Below are positions 39,079-47,502 of a stretch of 64,000 nt of DNA, piece after piece. The notes under the pieces were generated by a model, which had not been told where the DNA came from, made no database searches, and worked only from the letters and a program-made list of their open reading frames with translations. Origin of the DNA: Candidatus Multivorans sp. (lineage in GTDB: Bacteria; Acidobacteriota; Thermoanaerobaculia; Multivoradales; Multivoraceae); NCBI GenBank assembly GCA_965224025.1, contig OZ245033.1, forward strand, positions 1,536,001-1,600,000, written 5' to 3'. The position numbers were made by a program, and so were the translations under genes. Positions within the stretch are counted from its first letter, which is position 1; each line of letters begins with the position of its first letter.

Positions 39079-39780
39079 TTGGGTGTGGAAAACGCGGCAA
39101 GCAGCGTGCCGTGGCCGCTCTGGATCACGATCGGACTCGCGGCTGCGGGAGCAGTGTGGGGCGTTGCGGTCTGGGTTACTAAGGTGAACGAGGCCCGGAA
39201 GGGATGGCGCGACGTCGCGACGGAGATCCGGAGGGACATCAAGCAGATCTTCTTGCGGCTCCCGCCACCGCAGACGACCGGAAGCGGAAGCCCGGTGCAG
39301 CTCACCGAGTTCGGCGAGAAAGTGGCGGCGAAGCTCGAAGCGTTGGCGTGGGCAACCGAGCGAGCTCCGCACCTGTGGCAGAAGGTCGAGAGCCTCAAGC
39401 CCTTTGAGGTGGACGAGTACTGCGAGGGCTACGTCCAGAACAACCTCGACACGGCGATGAAAGAGCGGGTCGCTCAGAGCGCCTATGAGTTCGGGATCAA
39501 CCGGGAACAGGTCCTGAACGTGCTCAGAGTCGTCCTGCGCGAGGCGCTGTTCAACCTATGCCCAATCTGTGGACTGGGAGAACGGTACGCCAAGACCGGC
39601 GACCGGGAGGACTACATGTGTCCTCAGCACGGAAGGTTCCGGATCAGCGGCAGCGTGCTCGCTTCGTCGCTCTGGCAGGGCTCGACCCGAGAGGAAAAGG
39701 AGAAGATCCTGAAGGACGCGAACCCCGACAAAGACGGGATTCTGCACGTCATGTCTCACAACCTGCCGAACGCCGAGTGA
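39079..39780 (+). CDS. Hypothetical membrane-anchored protein with C-terminal Zn ribbon
   Basis: N-terminal TM, helical body, CPICG...CPQHG. Confidence 0.7.
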   Translation: MGVENAASSVPWPLWITIGLAAAGAVWGVAVWVTKVNEARKGWRDVATEIRRDIKQIFLRLPPPQTTGSGSPVQLTEFGEKVAAKLEALAWATERAPHLWQKVESLKPFEVDEYCEGYVQNNLDTAMKERVAQSAYEFGINREQVLNVLRVVLREALFNLCPICGLGERYAKTGDREDYMCPQHGRFRISGSVLASSLWQGSTREEKEKILKDANPDKDGILHVMSHNLPNAE

Positions 39781-39899
39781 CAAACGCACGCCTCGTTCCC
39801 GAACCGACTCGGTCGCCTCAGACCAGTGAGGCCCTGCCGATTTCAAACTGACGCAGTACCTCGGGGGCCAGCCGCAACCAGCCGGTCCCTGTCCTTCCG

Positions 39900-40821
39900 T
39901 TGCAAGCTGGCTCAACTCTCCGTCCGCTCAGCCGCGGACCCCGGAAGAGAGGGGAAACGCTGGCTGCCGCTGAACATGCCGTGCGCACGGCCACGACCAT
40001 CGGTGACCCGCGGCCCTGCGCTCCCTGGGGAGGCCTTCAACACTTTGCCGTCGACTCGTGATCGACCTCCGCCGACGCGCCGAACGCGCGGCTGCCGGCG
40101 TGCCCATCGACAGCTACTCGACCGATAACGCTCCCGGTCTGTCACCCCAGTCCTGACCGCCTGACGGGGCCGTACCAGGATCCGCGCCAGAACCGGAAAA
40201 GGTCAGCACCCCCCTCGTTTACTTTTTTCGGCCGGCCATTGTTACCTGTCCGCTTTCGAGGACACTCGGAGAATGTCCTTGCCCTGCCTGGCGTTTTATC
40301 GGGAGCCCTTCCGCATCGGCGCCGCTGCAGGTTGGCGCCCCGGGCCGCTCCAGGCGGGTCGGGGCGTGACGCGAGCCGACCCCGGCCGTGAGACCGAAAG
40401 CGAACTGCGCCGCTGGGCCGACGAGCACCGCGTTCTCTGGACTCACCTGCGCCACACCCGCATCACCGTGCACGTGGCCGTGATCACGCGGACCGTGGCC
40501 GCCCAGCACCGGTACTCCCGCCTCTTCGCAACCTGGCTCAACGCTCCGTCCGCTCAGCCGCTGACCCCGGACGACAGGGGAAACGCTGGCTGCCGCTGAA
40601 CACGCCGTGCGCACGGCCACGACGCGCGGCGATCCGCGGCCGTGCGCTCCCTGGAGCGGCTTGAATCCCTGCCGGCGCCTCGTCATCTCGCTCCGCAAGC
40701 GGGCCGATCTCGAGGAGTCCGGCGCCGCGTCCGGGGCTCGGATCGACGGCTATTCGACGCATCACGCTCGACACCTCGGTCCCCAGGCCCTCGCATGACT
40801 TCTGGGCGCGCCAGGATCCGC
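39900..40821 (+). repeat. Diverged direct duplication of a gene C-terminus (about 39900-40186 vs 40527-40821)
   Basis: Near-identical ~85-bp core 39912-39997 vs 40538-40623; similarity continues to CCAGGATCCGC in both copies. Confidence 0.85.
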
Positions 40822-41200
40822 ACCGGGATGCCACAACCCGACCGACCCGGTTGTGGCATTTCCGCTCCCTCTCATGTGGCATCGTCCTCTCTAGAGGTCA
40901 CTGCGGGAACTGTCCTTGAAACACAAGACGTTTCTCGGGCTCCGTTTTCCGGAATGCGCCCTTCGGGCGCAGCGCCCCGACCGCGCGAGGCGGTCGGGGC
41001 GGGACGTGAGCGACCCCGCCTTTCGGCCGCCTGGCGCGGCCCGAAAGGCTCTCCCATGTGGCGGGCTATGTGGCAGCCCGCGGGAGGGTCGCTCACGTCC
41101 GGATTGATCCCTGCGGGAAGGCTCGGACCCGACCCATGACGACAGCGGACGGTTCCGCCCCGCCGGTGCCGCTACGCCGCTATCGTCGCCTGAGACGGTT

Positions 41201-41230
41201 TGTCAATGGCAACCGAAAATGTCCCACTTC
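41201..41230 (+). mobile_element. Orphan IS21-like terminal repeat
   Basis: TGTCAATGGCAACCGAAAATGTCCCAC resembles IS21-family ends; no istAB nearby. Confidence 0.5.
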
Positions 41231-41284
41231 AGCCGAAAACTGCGTACTCGTGCCGGAGTTAGCGGCTTGGGCAGGCGTCCAGAG

Positions 41285-41480
41285 TCGCGGGTGGGGTCGT
41301 CCTCGGGCGCCCAGGCCAGCACCGCGTAGGTGTACCGGTGCCGGTGGCCGCAGCTGTCGGCGACTTGGGCGACCTGATGCGGATCGCCGCGCAGGACCTC
41401 GATCTGGTCGCGCTTCTCGCCGGCGTGATCGCGGTCGGCGAGAAGGTATCCACCGGCGACACGCGGCACGTGGCCATCGC
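41285..41480 (-). pseudogene. N-terminal fragment of an MbeA/MOBP5-like relaxase
   Basis: GYLLADRDHAGEKRDQIEVLRGDPHQVAQVADSCGHRHRYTYAVLAWAPEDDPT resembles relaxase motifs I/II. Confidence 0.65.
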
Positions 41481-41547
41481 CTTGCGCCGCTGCTTCTGGT
41501 TCCGCATCTGAGGGGGGTTCGGGGGGGCTTGCCACACCGCTCCGGTA

Positions 41548-41595
41548 ACTGGACGGATGAAGCGTAGCGTAATACGTCCAGTACTCTGGCTGTCT
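41548..41595. promoter_or_regulatory. oriT-like site
   Basis: IR ACTGGACG...CGTCCAGT followed by ACTCTGGCT, reminiscent of the ColE1 nic region; adjacent to the relaxase fragment. Confidence 0.4.
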
Positions 41596-41716
41596 GTGCC
41601 TGTCTGTGCCCCGACATCCGGCGGGCGAGGCAGCCGACTTCCACCGCTGGCCTCCGTGCTCCAGCACCGCCGCGACGCTACCCCACGACGAGATGCGGGA
41701 ACCAAGGCCGATCAAG

Positions 41717-41770
41717 ATGCAAGTCGTGGTTTGTGAGGCCGAAGAGGGCGGCTACTGGGCGGAAGTACCT
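41717..41770 (+). pseudogene. HicB-like antitoxin N-terminal fragment
   Basis: MQVVVCEAEEGGYWAEVP, then breaks off. Confidence 0.6.
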
Positions 41771-41905
41771 ACTCGACCAGGAACGCGCCCCAGGCCTCCA
41801 TGACCTCCCGCCGGCGCTCCAGCACGTCGCTGCGGGCGTAGCACTGCTCGACCTGGCTGCCGACCGTGTGAGCCAGGGCCTGCTCCGCCAGCTCACGGCC
41901 GATCC
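41769..41905 (-). pseudogene. C-terminal fragment of a second tyrosine integrase
   Basis: GRELAEQALAHTVGSQVEQCYARSDVLERRREVMEAWGAFLVE* parallels the end of the intact integrase. Confidence 0.85.
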
Positions 41906-41927
41906 CCCCGTCGGACTCCATCCGTAC

Positions 41928-43085
41928 TCAGGCGTCAGGCGAGTATTGTACGCAGTAGCTGGCCCACGCCTCCATCACTGCGCGTCGTCGTTCCAGGAGG
42001 TCGGATCGAGCGTACGCTGCCTCCGCCTGATTGCGGATCGCGTGAGCGAGACACGCCTCGGCCACCTCTCGCGGCACACCGGTCTCACCGCACCAGTCCC
42101 GGAACGAACTGCGGAACCCGTGAACGGTCGCGTCGATTCTTAGGCGCCGCAACAGCGCGCGCCACACTCCCGTGGCCAGCGGCCGGCGGCGGCTCGGCAC
42201 CGCCCGGAAGATCGGGTCTCCGCCTCCAGCCGCCCGCGCCTGCTCAAGCACTTCCAACGCCCGGCCCGACAGCGGGACGCGATGCGACCGGCCGGTCTTC
42301 GTGCGAACGCCCGGCACCCTCCAGACGGCGGCCTCGCAGTCGATCTCCTCCCAGCGCGCGCCGCGGACCTCTCCCGACCGGGCCGCCGTCAACACGAGGA
42401 ACTCGAACGAGAGCCGCACCCCGGCGGCGGAGGACGATTCCCGCACCGTCGTCAGCGCCGTCGCCACCTCGCCGTGCGGCAGGGCCTTGAAGTGCCGGGA
42501 CTGCCTTCCGTTCCTCGGCAGCGCGGCCGTGATCGGATCGCCGGCCGGGTTGCCGGCCCGGTGGCCCTGGGCGATGGCCCACCGCATCACGGCCCCGATC
42601 CGCTGCCGGACCCGCCGCGCGGTGACGGCCTTCTCGTTCCAGATCGGCTGAAGCACCGCCATGACGTCCGCGCTGGTGATCCGGTCCACCGGCATCTGGC
42701 CCAGGCGCGGTACCGCGTACGTTCCCAGCGTCCGGCGCCAGTCGGCCTCGCTCTCGCCTCCGGGCCGCCACGAAGGGCGGTGCATCGAGATCACCGTCTC
42801 CACGGCCTCCGCGAACGTCGGACACTGTCGATTCAGGACTCGCGGATCGCGGCCGGCCCTCGATGCCTTCCGGCACTCGAACGCCCGCTCACGGGCCTCT
42901 CGCAGCGTCGTGTAGGGATATCCGCCCAGTCCGAGATCGACTCGCCGGCCTGCCACGGTTCCGCGCCAGATCCACTGCTTCGATCCGGTCGGCCGGACCC
43001 GTAGAATGAGTCCGTGTTCGTCTCCGTACTTTCCGGCCCGGTCGACGCACCGGACGAAGGCATCGGTCAGTTTCTTCCTCGGCAC
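41928..43085 (-). CDS. P4-like tyrosine integrase with arm-binding domain
   Basis: GKYGDEHGLILRV..TGSKQW, LGLGGYP..TL.EAR, LTAARSGE, VHGFRSSFRDW, EACLAH, AAYARSD. Confidence 0.95.
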   Translation of the reverse strand: MPRKKLTDAFVRCVDRAGKYGDEHGLILRVRPTGSKQWIWRGTVAGRRVDLGLGGYPYTTLREARERAFECRKASRAGRDPRVLNRQCPTFAEAVETVISMHRPSWRPGGESEADWRRTLGTYAVPRLGQMPVDRITSADVMAVLQPIWNEKAVTARRVRQRIGAVMRWAIAQGHRAGNPAGDPITAALPRNGRQSRHFKALPHGEVATALTTVRESSSAAGVRLSFEFLVLTAARSGEVRGARWEEIDCEAAVWRVPGVRTKTGRSHRVPLSGRALEVLEQARAAGGGDPIFRAVPSRRRPLATGVWRALLRRLRIDATVHGFRSSFRDWCGETGVPREVAEACLAHAIRNQAEAAYARSDLLERRRAVMEAWASYCVQYSPDA

Positions 43086-43291
43086 CTCGTTCCTCTCCGT
43101 GTTCCGCGTGCGGCCCTGGTTCCCGGCTTCTCGTCGGTCCCCCAGGGTGTCCCACCTTTTCTGCGAGAGCCAGCGAAGACGCAGGATACCACATGCACGT
43201 TGGGGAGAGAGAAAAATCTATGTCCTGCAACGGTTTCCGGCAGCTACCGGGGGTTTTCGATACCCCCTGAAAGCCCTTGAAACGGGGAGGA

Positions 43292-43353
43292 GCGGTCCGC
43301 GCCACCCGTGAACCAGTCCGTGCGCCCGTCATCGGGCGCACGGGTGGCACGCC
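43292..43353. repeat. Inverted partial copy of the 20513-20574 palindromic element
   Basis: Reverse complement GGCGTGCCACCCGTGCGCCCGATGACGGGCGCACGGACTGGTTCACGGGTGGCGCGGA has 2 mismatches to 20513-20570. Confidence 0.9.
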
Positions 43354-43390
43354 GGCGCACCTAGTTTCTACCGCGCGGTCTCCTGGCTGC

Positions 43391-43897
43391 TCAGCACCAG
43401 AAGCACCAGTGATACGGCGGCCGGAAGTAGGTGATCAGCCGGCCGCAGACGATGACGCCGATCCAGCAGGTCAGTGAGATCGCGGCCGCGGTTCGAGCCC
43501 TCGCCGGTGCGACGGCGCCGGCGGCGGCAACCCTCACCGGTCGGTAAGCGAACCGGTAGAAGAACAGGATGTTCAGCCCGGCGATCGCCATGAGCGACAG
43601 CTTGATCTGGAATGCCGGGTTGTAGAGGTACTGATTCGGCGCGCTGACGACGAACAGGAAACCGGTACACACATTCAGGAGATAGCCCCCGACGCCCCAG
43701 GGCACCAGCCTGTGCAGCGCTTCCATCGGGATTCCCCTGGCCAGCCCCACCAGACGCAGGTCCCAAAGGCCGATCGTTCCAATCAACAGCGAGAGTCCGA
43801 GGAAGTGCAGCGACTCGACGGTCGGCCAGCCCCACGACGTGTGCATGAAGCTGTAGATGCCGCTCTTCTGGCCGATCGAATACAGCAGGTTCTCCAT
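43391..43897 (-). CDS. DUF6644-like membrane protein
   Basis: WPTVESLHFLGLSLLIG..DLRLVG, TGFLF, NPAFQIKL, CGRLITY. Confidence 0.75.
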   Translation of the reverse strand: MENLLYSIGQKSGIYSFMHTSWGWPTVESLHFLGLSLLIGTIGLWDLRLVGLARGIPMEALHRLVPWGVGGYLLNVCTGFLFVVSAPNQYLYNPAFQIKLSLMAIAGLNILFFYRFAYRPVRVAAAGAVAPARARTAAAISLTCWIGVIVCGRLITYFRPPYHWCFWC

Positions 43898-43906
43898 CGC
43901 GGAGGC

Positions 43907-44425
43907 TCAGTACAGCAGGTGGGAGGCCAGCATCACTTTCGCGGTGTAGGCGAGGAGACGGCCTGAAGTGATCACGGCGGCCCAGAGCACCAGAGATAGC
44001 GCCGCCAGAAGACGCACCTTCCCCGGCGCCGAGACGGCGTCACGCCGCGCATCCCCCAACACTCCGCGCATCAAGGACCTCATGATCCAGAGCGCTGCCG
44101 CGATACACGCCAGCTTGAAGTAGAAGACCGGATTGGTCAGGGCCTTCGCGGGGTACGCCATGAGCAGCAGGAACCCCGACGCCGTGACCACCGCGAGGCT
44201 CGCCCAGAGCACCGGCAGGTAGCGACGCATCAGCGACAGGGGGATGCCCGGAGCGACGCCGAGGATCCGCAGATCCGTCGCCGCGTGGACGCCGGCCACG
44301 AACGCCATCCCGATCGAATGAAAGACGAGGCTCGAGAAGAACGCCCCGCCCGACTCGCGCATCCAGGTCGAAAAGCTCGTCTCCTCAAGCCAGATCAGGA
44401 AGTCGATCACCGCCCGGAAACCCAT
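43907..44425 (-). CDS. DUF6644-like membrane protein (paralogue)
   Basis: HSIGMAFVAG..DLRILG, SGFLL, NPVFYFKL, SGRLLAY. Confidence 0.75.
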   Translation of the reverse strand: MGFRAVIDFLIWLEETSFSTWMRESGGAFFSSLVFHSIGMAFVAGVHAATDLRILGVAPGIPLSLMRRYLPVLWASLAVVTASGFLLLMAYPAKALTNPVFYFKLACIAAALWIMRSLMRGVLGDARRDAVSAPGKVRLLAALSLVLWAAVITSGRLLAYTAKVMLASHLLY

Positions 44426-44447
44426 CCACGCCCGGCCCAGCTAGCGG

Positions 44448-46226
44448 CTAGGGGCGCTGCTCCTCGATCCAAAGGTCAATCAACTCTTCCAGGATGTCCA
44501 GGGGAACCGAGCCGTTGGCGAGCACGGCGTCGTGAAACAGCCGCACGTCGAAGTCGTCGCCTAGAGCGTCCTCGGCCCTGCCGCGCAGTTCACGGATCTT
44601 GAGTTCGCCCATCTTGTAGGCGAGCGCCTGACCCGGCCAACTGATGTAGCGGTCGGTCTCGGTCGTGATCTCGTGCAGCGACAGCGCCGTGTTTTCGGCC
44701 AGGTAGTCGAGCATCTGCCGGCGCGACCAGCCCAGGGCGTGAACGCCGGTGTCGACGACGAGCCGGCAGGCGCGCCAGATCTCGTAGGTCAAGCGGCCGA
44801 AGTTGCTGTACGGGTCGTCGTAGAAGCCGGCCTCCAGGCCCAGGTACTCGGAGTACAGACCCCAGCCCTCGCCGAAGGCGGAGAGGTAGTCGTGGCGCCG
44901 GAACTCGGGACCCACGTCGATCTCGACCGCGATCCCTTGCTGCAGGTGATGGCCCGGCACGGCCTCGTGCAGAGACAGCGCCTCCAGCGCATAGAACGGC
45001 CGGCTCGGGAGGTTGTACGTGTTCACCCAGTAGATGCCGGGCTGGGTGCTGCCCACGGCGGCGGACACGTAGCGCCCGGCGGTGTACTTGGGGGCCATGT
45101 GGTCCGGCACCGGCTCGACCGTATAGGGGAGCCGCGGCAGCGTGGCGAACAGCGACGGCAGCTTGCCGTCCATCTTCTTGGCGATCCAGGCGGCCCGCTC
45201 CAGCAGTTCCTGGCCGGTCTTCGGGTAGAACCGCGGGTCGGTTCGGAGGAACTCCAGGAACTCGGCGAAGGAGCCTTCGAAGCCCGTCTCGCGGATCACC
45301 TCCTCCATCTCGGCGCGTATCCGCGCAACTTCGCCGAGGCCGATCTCGTGGACCTCCTCGGGCGTCATGTCGAGGGTGGTGAACCAGCGGACCTGTTCCT
45401 CGTAGTAAGCCCGTCCGCCCGGCAGATCGGACGCGCCGACGGTCTCTCTCGTGCTCGGCAGGTACTCGCCGACGAAGAAGTCATGGAACCCCTGGTAGGC
45501 CGGCACCACCGCCTCGTTGATCGCTCCCTCGGCCTCGGTCAGGATCCGCTCGCGGTCCATCTCCTCGACCGCCTTCGGCAGATCCTCGAACGGCGCCCAG
45601 AAGGCGCTGTCCTGCGGCTCGTCGACGATGTGGGCCGAAATCGTGTCCTCGTAGCCCTCGAGCGTCACGCGGGGCAGGGTGAAGCCGCGGTCGAGCCCGG
45701 CGCGCATGTGGCCCTGCTGCTGCTCGAAGTAGGTCGGCAGCGCGCGCATCCGGGCGATGTAGTCGTCGTAGTGGTCCGGGGTCCGGAACGGCATCGAGCG
45801 GTACATGCGCGCAAACCCCATGTGGAAGCCGGAGTCCGCGTTGAGCGGCATCTGGTACTCGCCGAGTTCGAAGCCCTGCACGCTGCCCCGGAGCTGGCGC
45901 TCGAACATCCGCGCGTTGATCCGGTCCGCCGAACTGAGCCCTTCGAGGTCGATCTCCTTGAACCGCCGCAGGAGATCGCGACGCCGTTCGACCCTGCGTT
46001 CGATCGCCTCCAGGCTGACGTCGGCCAACTGGTCGTTCCGGCTGTGGTCGCCGACGCTCGTGGCGAACTGCGGACTCTCCACGAGCCGGGCCGCCCAGTC
46101 CTCGTCGAACAGAGCGTAGAGCTGTTCGCGTGCGTCCGGCGGCGGCGCACAGGCGACCAGTGCAGCCAATGCCAGTGTCGCCGGCGCCGCTCTATCCAGT
46201 CGCAACCTGCCCATCGGAAGCGGCAA
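44448..46226 (-). CDS. DUF885 family lipoprotein
   Basis: Lipobox LVAC, HEAVPGHHLQ, EGWGLYSE, WRACRLVVDTGVH, RYISWPGQALAYKMG. Confidence 0.92.
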   Translation of the reverse strand: MPLPMGRLRLDRAAPATLALAALVACAPPPDAREQLYALFDEDWAARLVESPQFATSVGDHSRNDQLADVSLEAIERRVERRRDLLRRFKEIDLEGLSSADRINARMFERQLRGSVQGFELGEYQMPLNADSGFHMGFARMYRSMPFRTPDHYDDYIARMRALPTYFEQQQGHMRAGLDRGFTLPRVTLEGYEDTISAHIVDEPQDSAFWAPFEDLPKAVEEMDRERILTEAEGAINEAVVPAYQGFHDFFVGEYLPSTRETVGASDLPGGRAYYEEQVRWFTTLDMTPEEVHEIGLGEVARIRAEMEEVIRETGFEGSFAEFLEFLRTDPRFYPKTGQELLERAAWIAKKMDGKLPSLFATLPRLPYTVEPVPDHMAPKYTAGRYVSAAVGSTQPGIYWVNTYNLPSRPFYALEALSLHEAVPGHHLQQGIAVEIDVGPEFRRHDYLSAFGEGWGLYSEYLGLEAGFYDDPYSNFGRLTYEIWRACRLVVDTGVHALGWSRRQMLDYLAENTALSLHEITTETDRYISWPGQALAYKMGELKIRELRGRAEDALGDDFDVRLFHDAVLANGSVPLDILEELIDLWIEEQRP

Positions 46227-46338
46227 CCCTATCGCGGCCGAGCCGCCCGACCAGATGCCGTCAAGGCGCCGCCTCGATTCGCACCGGCCGGTTCCCTCGG
46301 GGCAGCAGTCACGCCCGCGCTAGGATCCGCTACCGCGC

Positions 46339-47502
46339 GTGAAGAACCTGCTCGCCCTCCTGCTCGCACTTGCCGCGGCCGGCGCCTCCGCCGCGCCAGC
46401 CTCGGAGCTTGAACTCCGGCTTGGGGACCGTGTCTGCCTGGTCGGCAACACGTTCGCGGAGCGGTTCCAGCTCTTCGGCTACTTCGAAAGCGGTCTCCTG
46501 GCCGCCTTCCCGGAGCTGGATCTGTCCGTGCGCAACCTCGCCTGGTCGGCGGACGAGGCGGCGCTGCGCCCGCGGCCGCTCGACTTCGGCGCCGTCGACC
46601 GCCATCTCGAGGCGCAGCGTGCCGATGTCGTCCTCCTGTTCTACGGCGCGAACGAGTCGTTCGAAGGCAACGAGGGTCTGCCGGCGTTCAGGAACGATCT
46701 CGGCCGTCTGCTTCGCCATGTCTCGAAACAGGTCTACAACGGCGCCGAGCCGGCCCGCGTCGCCCTCGTCTCACCGATACCGCAGCAGGCGCTGCCCTCC
46801 GGCCGGGGTCTCGACGCGGCGGCCGTCGAACGCCGCAACGCCGAACTACGGAGCTACGCCGAAGCGGCCGAAGCCGTTGCGGCTACGAACAACGTGCCCT
46901 TCCTCGACATCTTCGATGGGGTCGCGGCCGCGTTTGCCGCCGAGCCGGCGCCGTTGACGATCAACGGCGCGCATCTGAACGAGGCCGGCTACTGGCACGC
47001 CTCCCGGGCGCTGCTCGGAGCGCTCGGCGTTTCGGCGCCGGGAACGGTCGTCGCCTCGGCAGGGGGCAAACCCCACCTCCAGATTCGCCCTCCGGTTCTG
47101 CCGCCGGCGCCCCACACGAATCCCGCACGCCTCCGAATCAGCGTGCGCGACCTGGCCCCCGGAACCTACGTTCTACGGCGCGGCGACGAGATCCTGGCCT
47201 CGGCAAACGACGGAGACTGGGCGCGGGGCCTCGACCTGGAAGCGTCGCCGGTCATGAGCGCCCTGCTGGAGGCCGGCGACGGTCTGCGCCGGGTGGTGCT
47301 CCGCAAGGGCCGGCTGTTCTTCGACCGCTACCGCGCGGTGAACGGCTACTACATCTACGGCGGACGCAAGGAACCCTTCGGCGTTCACTCGTTCCCGCCC
47401 GAGATGGTCCGCTTCGACCAACTGGTCGGTGAACTCGACCGCGAAGCCATGGCGCTCGCCCAGTCGGGCGAACTGTGGCGCCTGGAGCGAGTCGACCGAT
47501 GA
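46339..47502 (+). CDS. SGNH/GDSL-like hydrolase, secreted
   Basis: Signal peptide, VCLVGNTFAER, RNLAWSAD, YGANES, TINGAHLN. Confidence 0.78.
   Translation: MKNLLALLLALAAAGASAAPASELELRLGDRVCLVGNTFAERFQLFGYFESGLLAAFPELDLSVRNLAWSADEAALRPRPLDFGAVDRHLEAQRADVVLLFYGANESFEGNEGLPAFRNDLGRLLRHVSKQVYNGAEPARVALVSPIPQQALPSGRGLDAAAVERRNAELRSYAEAAEAVAATNNVPFLDIFDGVAAAFAAEPAPLTINGAHLNEAGYWHASRALLGALGVSAPGTVVASAGGKPHLQIRPPVLPPAPHTNPARLRISVRDLAPGTYVLRRGDEILASANDGDWARGLDLEASPVMSALLEAGDGLRRVVLRKGRLFFDRYRAVNGYYIYGGRKEPFGVHSFPPEMVRFDQLVGELDREAMALAQSGELWRLERVDR

Larger units (their letters stand above)
26690..43292. mobile_element. Decayed genomic island (IS cluster plus integrative element remnants)
   Basis: Between coaE and the DUF6644-like genes; several transposases, integrase, relaxase fragment, visibly lower GC; boundaries approximate. 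Confidence 0.8.

Noticed and set aside
26650-43353. attL/attR direct repeat bounding the island
   Set aside because: No convincing direct repeat found by eye between the coaE side and the integrase side; the left end is overwritten by IS fragments.
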